From contig OY253672.1 in the NCBI GenBank assembly GCA_958009085.1, positions 1,488,001-1,552,000 of the forward strand: a DNA stretch of 64,000 nucleotides, given 5' to 3'. The notes beneath the pieces were generated by a model. The model searched no databases and was not told where the DNA came from. It saw only the letters and a program-made list of their open reading frames with translations. Origin of the DNA: Protoeuglena noctilucae. Taxonomy: Eukaryota. A program made the position numbers and the translations under genes. Positions within the stretch are counted from its first letter, which is position 1. Every line of letters begins with the position of its first letter. This document shows positions 14,056-27,710 of this stretch, piece by piece.

Positions 14056-16553
14056 ATGACGGGGGCGCCTCAGGACCCCTGGAACCTGGAAGGGAAACAA
14101 ATCGAGTTTCAGGACGAGGAGGGGAACGATGTCGAGGGAAAGGTGCCCGCGTGGGCCCGCCAGGATGTGCGGAGATGCGCAAAGAAGCGACGGACCTGGG
14201 TCTCTCCTGTCCGCGGCGATGGGCCAGGGCGGGCCAGTGCTCCAACCTCGAGCACGGGCCGAATGTGGTGATTGACTTAGTTGCCGCCCCCTGTTCCCAT
14301 CTCCGTGCGCAGGTAATCAGTTGGCACAAGCAGCGGAACACGTACACGATCAAATGCCGCGACGGGAGGGAGCTGGAGGAGGTCATCGTGGCAGCGGTGG
14401 ACGAGAGGGTGCCGGCGGCCGCCAAGCCGCGCGTGGATAAGTGGTACTTCATGAAGTTAGACGAGGAGCCGTCGAGCACGCCCAGGTGGGGCCGCAGCGA
14501 GGCTTGCGCGCTGCCCTGGACGCCCCAGCGTGCCCCGCGCTGGGCTCGACGCAGAGCCCCTCTGCGCGGCCGCCCGCAGCGGCGACATGTGCGGCAAGTG
14601 CGCTGCGTGCAAGAAGGGCAAGGACTCGAAGCAGCAGTGTTTGATGAGCTCCGTGCGGTGGCTGGCGGACCGCAAGGTCTACTCGGCGCTGGTCGCGGAG
14701 ATGGGGGCTAACGCGATCGGTGCGCGCGTGCAGGTCCTGTGGCAGCAGGGCCCGCAGCAGGTAAGCGATGCAGGCGCTTGCGGTGGGCCTCGCGCTTTTC
14801 TGTCGCTCCGGACCTGCGCGGTTTCGGGCGCAGCGCAGTGGACATAGCACGCCCTCCTAGCACCCTGGAGCGAGGTCGCTGCGGCCTCGCTTCCGCGCAG
14901 TGGTTCGTGGGTACGGTCTCTGACTACGACGAAGTCAACGTCAAGCACCAGATCATCTACGACGATGGGGATGTCTCGAACGCCATGCTCACCAACCTCA
15001 TGATCCGGCCCATCGACCCAGAAGACCTCAAGCCCCTCGAGGCTGACTGGATGGCCCGAGACGTGAGCAAGCGCGCGCGTTTGCATTTCCGCATGGGCAG
15101 GATGACAGGCACTGATCGCCCCCTGTGGCACCCTAGCAAGCTCGTGCCTGGCCCTTTGACGTGCGCCCTTTCGCCCTGCTGCAGGAGCTGCGCGTGGTCG
15201 ACATCGAGGGCGAATGCTGCTTTGGGTCCCGTGTGCTCGGGGAGGCGGCTTGCGGGGAGCAGGTCCTCATCTTTGCCGGCGACCGCATTCAGGAAGGGAC
15301 CCTGGAGCGTTGGATCCCCGAGAAGCGCACGCACGTGGCCATGATCAAGTCGAAGGCGAGGACGTGGCCGTCGATGCGCTGCTGGTCATGGCTGGACACG
15401 GGTAGGTGTGCGCGTGCATGTGGGGCCAACCGCCCTGGTTTCGTCGGCCTGCGCAGGAGGTGCCTTTGAATTACCAGCGGCACGTGGTGTTGCGGCGCCC
15501 CAAGACCCCGGACTTCCCAATCTTGAAGCACATGCTGGCCGTGAACGACACGCGCAGTAGGTCATTCGCGACGAACCAAGCGCCGGTGGAGGGATCGAGG
15601 TGAGAGGATGGACATGAGCACGTCTGGGCGAGTTTTATCGCAGACGCGACGCGGGGTGCTTCACTGAGCGCGCAGCCGTCTGGTGCTGGTCTCGTGTCAG
15701 GCGGCTGATGTTGCATAACTGCCCGTGCTGCACAGGGGCAAGCGGCCGGCCAGCGTGGACCTGCGGGGGCTGGAGGAGGAGCTGGGGCAGGAGGTGAGCA
15801 GATGACCGTGCTCGACTCGCTGCCGGCGCCCCCTAGCCTCGGAGCACGTTCCCACTGCTGCTGCCCTTGTTGCTGTTGCTGCGGTGATACGCACTGTGGT
15901 GATACGCACTCGAGTCCGCGCTCCTGCATCTACGACCGCGCCCCTGATGCGCCCCCGCGCGCGCAGAGGCTTCCGGAGCACACGCGCAAGCAGCTCAAGT
16001 TGATCCAGGCATTGCGCGACCTCCCGGACGATGCCGACGGCAGGCAATACACCAAGGTGTCGTCGCTCTTCGAGCAGTTCTGCATGACGCACCCCTGCGT
16101 GCCCAAGGACACCCAGGCGCTGTGGAAGCTGTACGTGGCGGGGCGGGACTACTCCCACGAGGCACTCGAGTCGCAGTCCATCGGGCCTGCCGTCTATTTC
16201 TTCAACCCACTGGTGCACATGGTGCGTCGGGAGCCCGGTAGAGCCCCTGGGCGGCTCTGCAATGCGCCGGGCCCACGGCTGCGCTGTTGGCGGATGCAAG
16301 GGCCGACGGTCGCGCCTGTGGGGACCGTTTCACCAATACATGCGTATCGTGCGGTGTTTTGCTTCCGCAGATGGGGTTGTCATATGAGGACCTGGGGGAC
16401 ATCAAAAAGGTGCAGAAGGTGATGGACAAGGCCAACGGCAAGATACGGGTCTTCTGGCTCGCCACCCAGGGCATCTTCAACAGCCTCATGCGGCGGGAGC
16501 AGATGACCATGCCCAGGGAGCCAATCGCCGAGCAGCGATTTAACGGCGCCTGA
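14056..16553 (+). CDS. Uncharacterised multi-exon protein with Tudor/SH3-like barrel(s) and a Cys-rich segment
   Basis: GC3-rich exons bounded by splice sites: LEGKQIEF..|VISWHKQRNTYTI, CGKCAACKKGKDSKQQC, AIGARVQVLW..|WFVGTVSDYDEVNVKHQIIYDDGD (Tudor-like), ending IAEQRFNGA*. Some internal junctions are uncertain. Confidence 0.55.
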
Positions 16554-16840
16554 GAGTAGGCAGGAACACGGTCAGCCGCTGCACATTGCCAATGGCTGAC
16601 GCCCAGTTCAGGCGCCCAGTCAGCATGTGTCGGGCCCTTTTGTAAGAGACAGAGATGCTTGAGCCCAGTACCTTTGCATACGTTGAGCATGCCTACGCTT
16701 GAATCGGTCAGAGCAGCAGCCAGCTGAGTTCGCCAATGGCTGGGTCCGCGTGCTTGCGTACGGACACGGACCGCGACTGCCTGGCCTCGCAATGACTCTT
16801 TTGTAACTCCTGCAGCGTCCTTTGCGATAAGATGGTGTGC

Positions 16841-18958
16841 ATGAGGAGAATTCGCAGGGCAGCGGCGATTGCCGCCGACGCGCGGGCGTACAGCACATCT
16901 TTTTCCACGGTTGCCGAGGCTGTGCAGCGCGTAAGCCAAGATCCGGTAAGCCAAATGGTTGAACGTGCGCCTGACGTGCCCGCGCGCCGCGAACATGTCG
17001 CGCGGTGGCGAATTTTCCGATGCCAGCCAGGCACTCCTGCACACGCAGCGAGTGCGGCCTGCCGGGCCCCCTGCTTTCGTGTTCGACATCGATGGCGTTC
17101 TTATCAGAGGCAAGACCGTCCTCGACGCTGCCCGGCGCGCCTTCTCCGCCTTGTACCGAAACGGACAGCAGCGATTTCCCGTCTGCGTTCTGACCAACGG
17201 CGGCGGCTCGACGGAGAAAAAGAAAGCCGCCCAATTGTCCGCATGGTTAGACGTCGAAATACGCGAGGTAAGCGGCCGCGCCATGAGGCCAGGGATTCGC
17301 TGGCCACCTCATGCCAGGGGCCGCCTGCCAGGGGTCGCCTTCATGCCGAGCATTTGATACCAAGACGGGTTCCCCGAACGTGCCCGTGTTTGCAGGAGCA
17401 AGTGGTCCTCGCGCACACTCCCATGGCGCGGCTGGCGAGCCACTACCAGGGCCGGCCCGTGGTGGTCGCGGGGCGGGGCGACGTTTTGCGTGTGGCGCAG
17501 AGCTACGGCTTCGGGGAGGTCCTCACTCCCGCCCAAATCGGGCTGGCGTACCCGTCCGCAACCCCCCTGTCGCGTTACAGTCACGAGTATGTCTGCGCGA
17601 GCTGCGGTCACGTGGGCGAGACGCTTGCGGAGGCCAACGCGCACGGATGGGACCAGGCCGCGGAGTACAGGTCCTTCCTGCCACTGGCAGAGGCCAAGTG
17701 AGGGGCTGGGAAGCATGCGCTGCGACGTGGGTGCCATATCAATTCCTAACCGAGACATGTCAATTCAAACGTGCTGCGTCCCTCACCGCACCCGCAGGTG
17801 CCCGGTGCGCAAGGGCGGGGCGGGGTCACCGGAGCGCCCCATCGCAGCGCTGCTGGTCTTCACGGACCCCACCGACTGGGCCCGTGACTTGCAGCTGGCA
17901 GTAGACCTCGTCTCATCGGGTGGAGTTCTGGGCGTTGGGCCCAGGGCATCGACTGACCAGATCGCTTACCCCGACGTCATCTTCAGTAACCCGGACCTTC
18001 TCTGGGCAAACGACTACCCCGCGCCTCGGTTCGGGCAGGGCGCGTTTGCGATTGCCCTGCAGGCGCTTTACAAGGAAGTCACGGGAGGGTCTCTGCCGTC
18101 CTCTGCCGTGTTTGGCAAGCCCCACGCGGTGCAGTATCGTCTTGTGGAGGACCGTCTTGTTCAGCAAGCGGTGGCACTGGGCCTCGTGGACGAATGCGAC
18201 CTCGAGACATCCACCAGCGATGCAGGTGGGACGCGTGGTTGTGAGAGCTGGTCCCTGCATGTGTGCTTGTGTTGCCTGGCCTGTGCAAATGCTGCAGCCA
18301 AGTGTCTGCAAGCGTGTTCGCCCATTCTCTGCATATACACGCTTGCCCAGTCTCTGCTAGCTGAGTGCAGAGAACGTGCTTTGCATGACTGGGGCGTGCG
18401 TTCCGTTCCCATCTGTGCAGGACCCTTGGGCGGCCACTCGGGCATCACGTCCGGCTCCCATTCAGCCGCACTGGAGCGCGCTCTGCAGGCGGCCGGGCTG
18501 GTCATGGAGCCCAAAGCACTGCCCTTCTCAAGCATCTTCATGGTCGGCGACAACCCCGCAGCAGGTGCACGTGTTCGTGCCGCACAATGCATGCGGCTGC
18601 CCGCACTATGCATGCAACTTGCGCCCGCCGCGCACTCTGCACGCTGTCTCGCTCACAGCTGCGCGGGTGTCTGGATGCTTTGACTCTCAGGCGTGGCTCT
18701 GAAAGTCATAGCGCCTCTCATCTCTGTTGAACACTGTTGAATCGCTTATCATCATCAGAGTGCCCCGCCGCCGCAGACGTGAGAGGGGCGAGAGCCGCGG
18801 GCAGTCCGTGGGTGCCCATCCTGGTGCGCACGGGCGTGCACCAGGGTGCGGGGAACTGCGAGCGTGACCCGGCGGATGTCGTGGTGGCGGACGTCCACGA
18901 GGCAGTACAGGCCGGCCTGCACCGCGCGCGGGAGTCCAAGTGGCACGCGCTGCGATGA
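16841..18958 (+). CDS. HAD-superfamily subfamily IIA hydrolase (HDHD5/CECR5-like), probably mitochondrial
   Basis: Arg-rich presequence-like MRRIRRAAA; motif I FVFDIDGVL, LTNGGG, VVLAHTPM, DPTDWARDLQL, FSNPDLLWAND..PRFGQGAF, FGKP, FMVGDNPAADVRGA..ILVRTGV. Confidence 0.85.
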
Positions 18959-19124
18959 CGACGCGACTTATCGCTGCCGCGACCGCTGCTGTTCCGCGCA
19001 TCAGCAGATCATCTCCCGCGCGAGAGCGGGCGTGCAGAATGTGATAGTGCCTTGCTTCATGCGTCATCCTCGTTTTGCCTTGTTGGATCATGCACAGAGC
19101 ACTTAGGAGATGCAGCTACACAGG

Positions 19125-22100
19125 CTAGCTAGTCCAGCTTCGCGGCGCCGTTTGCGTCGCCGGCGACCGTTGCCCCGCCGTTGCCCTGCGCGGCCCCCTG
19201 CCCGTCCTTCGCCTTTCCCGCGGGACGTGCCTTGCTCTCTCCGAGCTCCACCAGCTCCTCGACGGAGATGTTCTCCTCGATGGTCTTGACCACGCTCTGA
19301 TAGACCGACCAGGCGTTCTGAATGCGAGCGTTACGAGGGGTGGGAGGGTCGGGGGAGCTGAGAGGGTCGGGGGAGTTGAGAGAGTCGAGACAGCCACATT
19401 GGTCACTTCTCTCGTCAACGATTCTCACCGGCAGGGTTTTGTCGGTTCGCTCTCGCAGCATCCGCCATCCCCCGCGCCCCGTGTCCCAGACACACTCACA
19501 GATGGAGCCGTGCAGCCTCTCCAGGCTGTCGATGCCGTCCTCGATCAAATACTGCGGGGAAGTAGAAGAGCGAGAATCACAACACGTGTCGAATGAACAC
19601 AGATACCGTGTAACACCATCGGCGCGATGCGCGATGCCGCCGTGTGGTACTGGAGGGTTAGGAGACAGCAGCAGGGGCTGACATTGACCCTCAAACGCAC
19701 CGAACAGTGCCCGAAACATACAAGACACCCAAGCCCCGAAACATACAAGACATGCATGCGACGGCCACTCGCCTCCCCCGTCAGGCACAGGCTGCCGTGC
19801 CTGCGGTCGCGAATCGCGTCGTCGCCCGCCGCCTCCGCCGCCGCTGCCAGCTGCTGCGGGGACCGGTTCTCCAGCACCCAGAGCGTGCCCTTGCCGCGGT
19901 CGGGTCCCGTGTCTGACACGCGCACCTGCGATGGAATGAATGAGTGGGTCGAGACGCGGTGACAGGGTGGCGGTGGCACCGTGCTGCTAACCCACCCATC
20001 ATCCCAGGTCGGGTGCAGCGCCCAGCGTTGTGACCCGGTAACCCTGTTGTAACCCTATCGGCAGCCATGCGAACACTACAAAACAAGAGTCCCCTATGCA
20101 GACGACGTATAACATCAAATCACCTGGAAATCGACCGAGTTGAGGTGGGAGAACTTCCACTTCATAATGTGCGGGTGGGTGTCGGCCACGTACGCGTCCC
20201 TTGCGCCCTGGTAGATGAGCCCGTCACACTCGTGCGTGAGCTTGGGGACGAAGCTCCGGAGCACCCAGCCGGCGCGCGGCAGCTCCCAGAACTCCTTGCG
20301 CACCACCCTCACCACCTCGAGCGAATAGTCATACCGTGCCAAAGCCGGCGAGGGGTGCTTCTGGTGCATGTAGGCCAGCGTGTTTTTCTCCAAACTGCGC
20401 CACCGCAGCACCTGGGAGTCGATCATCGCCCACCGGTCCCTGCGACGCACGCAACCGACGTATTTTACTGCAAGTTTGTTTGTTATTGCAGGTAACCATG
20501 CACTCTCGGTGCGGCAGCCCATGGAGACTTTGTCATTGACAAACCACTGGGATTGTTTCCGTCAGATATACAACAACAATCGTCACTCCCAGCTCACCGG
20601 AACGGCATGTCCGCGACCTGGCTCCTTGCGCTGGGGTCGGCCCGGTTGCCATCCACACACGCCTCGATCAAATCGTAAGCCAAGTAGTTCAAACGGAACC
20701 TGCCGCGTTCCCTGTCCTCATCCGCCACCAGCTCCCCATCCAGGATGGCCAGAGGGACCTGCAGGGACATCAACTGCACGCTCATCTGCTGGTCTCACAA
20801 CCAACCCCCTGCCTTCGCCTGACCACCGCCGGCACTGCCCCTCCCACTACCAGAGCCTCGCCTGCTCGAAGTCGCTGAGCTTGCACGGCGCCGTGTCCTT
20901 CGGTGACCTCCCGGGTATCCACGGAATGCGCACTTGGATGCGACGCACTTGGTTGGCGCGGTTGAGAAGGAAGACCCCGAAGACGGTCGCCACGAGGATG
21001 TAGCGCACACCGTCCGCCTTCCACGTGACCAGGTAGTCGTCCCTCCTCAGGTCCTCTGCGCAGGCGAGGGGAGAGTGTCGCGTGTCGGTACGCATGGTAC
21101 GCATCACATCACGCATCGTATCAAGCATGAATGTACAACCATAGGGAGGGACGCATGCACGTAGAACCATAAGACAGACCTCATGGGCAGGGCAGGGCAG
21201 TCTCTGAGGACCCTGGAGCAGCACAGCGCGCGCTCATAAACCACAAGGAGGGACCTCATGGTTGCTGACCCTCACGGGCAGCCCCAGGGATATGGCCAGC
21301 CCCCGTCGCGCTCACCCAGGTGATGCCTCTCAAGAGACACGGGCTGCGATCCCCGGAAGCGGATGCGGTCGGGCACGGCTGGCGTGCGCGAAATCTTCGA
21401 GTACACCACCGTGCGCACGAACGTCTCCTCCTGCTCCGTCACCGGCTCGCCCACGCTCTCCAGCACGGGCTTGCCCTGCCGGTCATATTCCAAAATCCCT
21501 AACCGGTCGCTCAGGCCAGTTTCTGGCGCCTCGTCCCCGGACTCGTCGTCCTCCTGCGGACATGGGACAAGCGCGGCGCTGTTAGGATGACGCTGCTAGG
21601 ATGGATGGAATGGAGTCCTTTGCTGCATCTATTGCGGGTCTCTGCACCGCAGCGCCGGTAGCGGTGCCCCTGGCCGCGAGGGTGGTCGTTTGCCCAGCCA
21701 TAGTGTGCCACACAACCCCATCGCAACAACCCCATAACTGCGCGCTCACATCCTCGTCCTTCCATTGGGGCCGCGGCGGAGTCGGGACGCTCGACGGCCG
21801 CTTCTCGCTGAAATACTCGTACAGGCAGTCGATGTAGTCGTGCTTGTAGATGCCGGGGGGGCGTGCCTCCGCAAACGCCCTCACGTGGGACGTGAGTGGC
21901 ACAAGGGACCCCATCAGACCTGCGGCAGCGTAGGGGAGAGGAATGAAACACACAGAAGGGAATTTAATGAGTCGCATGGCACCCGGTGTTGCTGACGAGC
22001 GTTGGGAGCCAGCACTGAAGGGGCAGCGCCGGGGCTGTGACTGGGACACAGTGCAGTGCTGCTTGGTTTGTGCATGTCACAAGAGTGCACTCACTCATGC

Positions 22101-23320
22101 GGTGGAGGAGCTGCACGATAATGTACCCCGTTCGGTTGAAGCCGTGGGTGCAGTGGATGAGGATGCCCGAGGGGCAGTTGAGCCGAGCCACGTCCAACTG
22201 CGGGGCAGGGACAGCGCAGTGCACATGGGAAAGGCAGTGCCTTGTGAAAGGAGAGAGTGGGGCACAAGGTTCATGAACACTCCTGCAAGCGACATCCGAC
22301 AGGTGTTGGGCTTTGCATTGGGTGCATGGGCCATGAGCAGTACTGCACGTGACCGCCCAAAATTGGTTCTATCTCCCATCCCACCCAATGCCTCCTCTCA
22401 CGTCGCTGAGCTGCTGTCCCTCCTGCCACTTGCGAGTAACAGCTGCCCGCTCCTGCCCCAGCTCCCGGAGCTTGTCCGTCATGAACTTGACGAACCGATT
22501 GACCGAGTCAGGTTGTGGGACCTGCTTGCGGCCGCGGCAGGGGATCTTGGCGTGCTCCACGCCCTCCCTTTTAAACTCCTCCGGCATGTAGTACTTGGAG
22601 GACTGCGGGGGGAGGCGACTCGCATCCATGAGGCGGGTGCTAATGACAGAGTAACGTGATGTGGGGCGTATGGCGAACGATGCATGACTCACGAACGTGA
22701 GGTCGACCACGAGGCGCGGGTTGACCTTGTAGACATCCGCGCATGTGTCGAAAGCGTCCAGGGGAGTCCAGAGCAGATGGGCCGGCATCTGCGGGGCGGG
22801 AAATGCGAACTGTTCGCGACACCCGCGCTCAACACACACCCGTTTCGTGCCCACGCCTCCCCACCTTGTCGGCCCACTTCTCCCCGATTGGGACCTTCAT
22901 AGGCATCAACACCGCGAGCGGGGGCGAGGCTGCGCCGAGAGGAATGGGCTTCCCCATCGAAGGCGTGCGCTCCCATCCCGGGGGCACCACAGCCGGGAGC
23001 TCCACGCCAGCTGGGGCGACGCCGGACGCCAAATCCACCGCAGATCCTTGCTCGCGGCCTATCGCCTCGTTTCTGCGGACAACGGTGCCGGTCAGCAACC
23101 CCGCTTTGCCCGCAATGTCCCATCCTTTCTCGCTGAGCAGCGCGAGGCGTGCCCCGCGATATGCCATTGTCCCTGGACGCAACGGATTCCCACGTAATAG
23201 ATGCGCGTCACAGCCAAGCAGGCAACCTCGCCTCTTCGGCGCCCGCTGCAGCTCTTCACCCGGACTAGTGCGGGGCCGCTTCCCGCCAACCCCGGCCCCC
23301 GTTTGGCCATCCGCCCCCAT
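19125..23320 (-). CDS. RNGTT: Bifunctional mRNA capping enzyme (Cys-type RNA triphosphatase + guanylyltransferase)
   Basis: IHCTHGFNRTG, FAEARPPGIYK, FRGSQPVSL, VTWKADGVRY (KxDG), LDGELV, YLAYD, HECDGLIY, IMKWK, ECVWD..RERTDKTLP|NAWSVYQSVVKTI. Confidence 0.92.
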
Positions 23321-23844
23321 AACGGGGATCTACGGACCTTGAAACCGGACGCGACGGCCAACTACGATGTCAAAATTTCAGAGTTAAGCTTGGATTTCCT
23401 GGTTGGGTCCTGTGCGCGGCATCACAACCAGGCCGCAGCCGCAGAGCGTCAGGCGCACGGTGAGAGATGGCGCACTGGGCTGCTAGCTCTGCCTGGACAT
23501 CCCAGCGACGGTCTGGCGTCCCTGCCAGTCGTCAGTTCGCGCGTCGTGTCTTCTCCCCATCACCAATCGCGCTAGGCACGCGGTTACTTATCTGGGATCA
23601 GTAGTGGGTCCCTAAGGCGACTGGGATTTTGTAGACGCGCACTCGCGCCAGCCGCTGACGACCAGGCACGTCGCCGCGCTGGGATGGGCCCCGTCCGCGA
23701 TAGCAGCGATGCCTGCTCCGGCACATTGCCATGCACGATGTGGTTTCGCTCTCCTGTATGCGAACCATGCGGCCGCAAAGGCCAGAAGCCGAGTTTGCAC
23801 CACATACTCGAGCCGCACCCTTGCCCTCGCTCGCCGCAGGGACG

Positions 23845-25325
23845 ATGGCGACCGTGGTGCCGCATCCGTACCTTCCGAAGGACTTACACCTCCCAAATTA
23901 TGTCCCCCCTACGTTCGGTCGCCCGGAGGTGCGCCGCCCAGATGGCCGCGTTTGTGCGGCGGCCCATTCCAAGCCCCGCGGCGTGCATTTCGTCGGGCGC
24001 CTTCGCTGCATGATGGCAGCGCTTCTTTGTCCGTTGCACCTGGACACATTCACGGCTCCGGTCTGCCGCGCGCCGGCCGTGCGCGGATCTTACGCTAGTG
24101 TTGGGGCTGCCCGCCCAAACCAGGCCGCGGGCGCCGCGAGGCCACGAGACAGCCCCCCGCGGCCCGCGCGCAGGTCCTGAGCGTTTTCTTCCCGATCGTT
24201 GCCTTAATCCTGGCCTGGTGCATCAACTACACGCGCTCATCGTCCAACCACGGCCTCAGCACGACTACGGAGAAGCTCATGTTCTCCTGGTTCGTCGGTG
24301 AGCTCTCCCTCTGCGCGGGTCGCACTCCTCGATTGCGCTTGAGCATACGGACAGCAGCGCGTCCGCGGACGACCCGGCGCGCGCGCGCGTGGCCGTGATT
24401 TCGCGGCATGTGGCGCTGCTCGCAGCGTGCGGCTTCATCCACTTCTTCATTGAGGGGTCCTTCGTGCTCTACCTCGACTTCCACGCGGACAAGGGCGACA
24501 AGGGCTTCTACTGGTCCTTCATGGCCAGCCTGTGGAAGGAGTACGCGAACGCCGATTCGAGGTGCGATGGCCTGGGAGAGCAATTGAGCGAGGCGCAGTT
24601 ACTTAGTAATGCACTTGTCTCCTATGCTTTACAACCAGCATGATGATGCGGACTAATCCCTCTCTTGGCCTGTCAGGCCATTGCGTGTCCCTTGCGTGTG
24701 TCCCTCGCTCCGAGACCGGCAAGCGACCGTCGCTCGCCCCTTTCCCTTCTTGCCAGGTACGCCTGGGGCGACGCCTTCATCGTCACCATGGAGGCCTTCA
24801 CCGCCTTCGTCGAGGGCCCCGCCTGCTGGGCGATCGCGTACGGCATGGCGACGACCAAGGCCTGGCGCTATCCGCTCATGATGCTCACGTCCTTCGGTCA
24901 GTTCTACGGATGCCTCCTCTACTTCCTCACCTCCTACTACACCGAGCTCCGCGACATCCGCCCCGAGCCCCTCTTCTTCTACTTTTACTTCCTCATCATC
25001 AACCTCTTCTGGATCGTCGTACCCGTGGCAGTCTGCACGCACGCGTGGGTCAAGGTGACGCGACACGCTCACGCGCCCACACGCTCGCGCACCACAGCGA
25101 GGCACACGCGGGGGCTCTGTTACCGCATAGGACGATGTCTCTTGTACTGCACTTCGCGATGTCTCTTGCACCATGCCAACTGACCCTCCCGTACCACCGC
25201 ACCAAGTGACCCCAGTGCACCATACCAAGTGACCCTTCTCCACCCACTCTGCACCCCCGCAGATGTCGTCGGCGGTGGCCAGGGTGGAGGAGCCGATCAA
25301 GGCCCAGGAGAAGAAGCTCAAGTGA
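23845..25325 (+). CDS. EBP: 3-beta-hydroxysteroid delta8-delta7 isomerase (EBP/HYD1 family)
   Basis: PHPYLPKDLHLPNYV, CGFIHFFIEG, LWKEYANADSR|Y, VTMEAFTAFVEGP, FYFYFLIINLFWIVVP; C-terminal KKLK* is an ER-retrieval-type motif. Confidence 0.9.
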
Positions 25326-25523
25326 TCTCTGTCAGCGGTCGTTTTTCAACAGGCGTGTCGACATCCGCCATGCAGGCTTTCTGTTCCACATGAATGAGGT
25401 GTCTCGACAGCACGCACCGCACCTACAATGCGGGCTTTCTGTCTGTTCCACGTGGTGTTTCAGGCACAGTCGGCATGGTAGCACCCCTCGGTTGGCTTGG
25501 CCGCCGCGCGCCCTCTATCTCCG

Positions 25524-27161
25524 TCACCGGTCGGCCAGGCTCCGCATGCTCTTGAAGAGAGACAGCTCCGACGCCGCCGCCGCGTCCATCAGCCACGACA
25601 GCTCCGCCCCGAGAGCCTTGGGCTGCACGAGCGCCGCGGGGGCGGCACCCCTCTGCGACCGAGACGATGTGACTACACTCGCGGCACAGCTGGCGATCTG
25701 TAGGCGTACATGATAGGTGAAGCACAGTCGCATGCAAGCATCGATGCCATGCCCTGCGCGTCTGCTCACACGCATGCCAAGTACTGTACGCAAGCACAGC
25801 ACATACACATGCACACAGCACGCACGCACAGCACATTCGCACAGCACGTCCGCACCTCAAGGTTCTGCTCCTCAAGCGCCATCCGCACCGCCGCGGCCTT
25901 CTTGGACCCCGTCATGCAGATGACAGCCTTGGCGGTGCTGGACATGAGCGCGGCCGTCATGGTGATGCTGGCTGACCCGTCCGCCTTGACTTGGGGCACC
26001 ACGAGCTTGTCGCCCGTCGCGAGCGTGGCCGGCTGCCCCGGGTACAGCGATCCCACGTGGCCGTCCGCGCCCATGCCCAGGAGCACCAAGTCGAACTGCG
26101 GGAGGAGAGGAGAGGAGATGGGCAAGAGAATGATCAGTCATGGAAGGAAGTGCACCCCACTTGGCACACGCCCGTCAGCCATTGCATGCGCCCGTCAGCA
26201 TTGCACAAGACAGTCACCCATTGCTTGTGGCCATTGCATGCGGCCGTCAGCCCTCGCTGGTGCAGCACATCGCATGCATCACCCACCTGGGGGAGTCCCG
26301 TGACGGGGTCCCTGGGCATCTTGGCTCTCTTCTCCATCTCCAGGATCATCTTCGAATATCTCTCGGCCTCCTCCTCCGGCGACTGCAACCACAAGCGCAT
26401 GCCGAGGCAGTAAGGGTTAGGGTAAGGGTCCCATGCGCCATTGAGCCGTGACGAGCGCACGTGACACGCGCATCGCATAGCACAGTCATGCGACTGTGAG
26501 GACCTGGTAGCCTCTTACCAGGGTGCCGTCGACGGTGAGGAAGTGCGGCTTGGTGGGGAGGTCTTTCACAAAGGCCTGCAGGGCCTTGGCATGGGACGAC
26601 TTGGGGTGAGAGTCGAGGACACAGCGGTGGTTGACGTACGCGATGTGGACCTTCCGCCAATCGAGACGCATCGCCGGGCCCATCGGCTCCCGCACCAGGC
26701 CACTGCGGTGAGGGACGCGCGGGACAGGCTCGCGCGTGATCAGGTTTTTCACGTGTCGATCAATCGATCGAGCCGCCGCCGAACGTGTGCTGTCCACACC
26801 TGAGCGCCTCCAGGACCGACCCTCCCGGTATCGCGAGCGTGAACGTGTTCTTCCGCGCGATGCTCTCCTCCGCGGCATCCAGTACGAGGCCGCAGAGGGC
26901 GGCGTCCACCTCATGCGGGCTCGGGTACACGTCGACGGACAGCGGGTTCTCCGGCGCCTTCGAGATGTCGCGCGTCATGCCGTACTCGGTGTATTGCCGA
27001 TAAAATCGACAGCTGACCTCCCGCGCCGGACGCTCATCCCGGGGCGCCGGACCAGGCCAGATTACCCGACGCGGGACGCATGGCGACGACCCGCTGCCGC
27101 TTGGCCCGCTTCGGGGAACAGCAGCTGCCGGAGTCCGACCCAAAGAGAGCGATGATGCCAT
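25524..27161 (-). CDS. PGL: 6-phosphogluconolactonase, plastid-targeted
   Basis: Transit-peptide-like N-terminus; FTLAIPGGS, LDWRKVHIAYVNHRCV..HPKSS, EEEAERY, FDLVLLGMGADGHVGSLYPG, ITMT..GSKKAAAV, WLMDAAAAS. Confidence 0.88.
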
Positions 27162-27710
27162 CAGGACCCAAATTAAGCCCCCCGCCGTCTAGATGAAGGG
27201 TGCGACCCAGTCAATCAAGCATCCACACCCTGAGCTGAGTTGAAGGAGCTCAACAGCACGAGCTCCTACTCGCGTGCAGGAGAGTATAGCTATCGCTGAC
27301 GTCACCGGCGCACTTCGCTCAAACCCTGCCGACGGCGGCTGTCAGAGAACGCACCCTGGCCAAAAAACCACGGTGGTCTCGCAGCCTGCCCCGCACTTCA
27401 ACGCCCTGCTTGGTTGCTAGCCCATCGCGCTGAATCAATCGTGCACTAGAGTCGAGCAAAAAACTGCGTGCGTCTTTCGCTCCAGCTGCGAGCCCCGGCA
27501 GTCTCGCAAAGCTTGCGTAGCCCCTCTGCTGGGCAAGAGACAAAGAGCACTGGGTCGCACACCGGCCCTTGTCAGCGGGCACGTCCGAGCGCGCAGCCTC
27601 TGGCCTTGTGTCGGCAAGCGACCCGTGGGTCGCGAGGGCTCGCGATTCGCTCGCGGATGGTGGCGTAGCGGAGTCGGTTGGCGACATCGCGTGGGAAGGG
27701 CTCGGGAGAG

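Noticed and set aside
16641..16645. TGTAA chlorophyte-type poly(A) signal
   Set aside because: Present after one gene but not consistently after the others, so it cannot be supported as the signal here.
24640..24720. Possible intronic C/D snoRNA (ATGATGA box C-like) in the EBP intron
   Set aside because: No convincing CTGA box D, terminal stem or recognisable rRNA guide.
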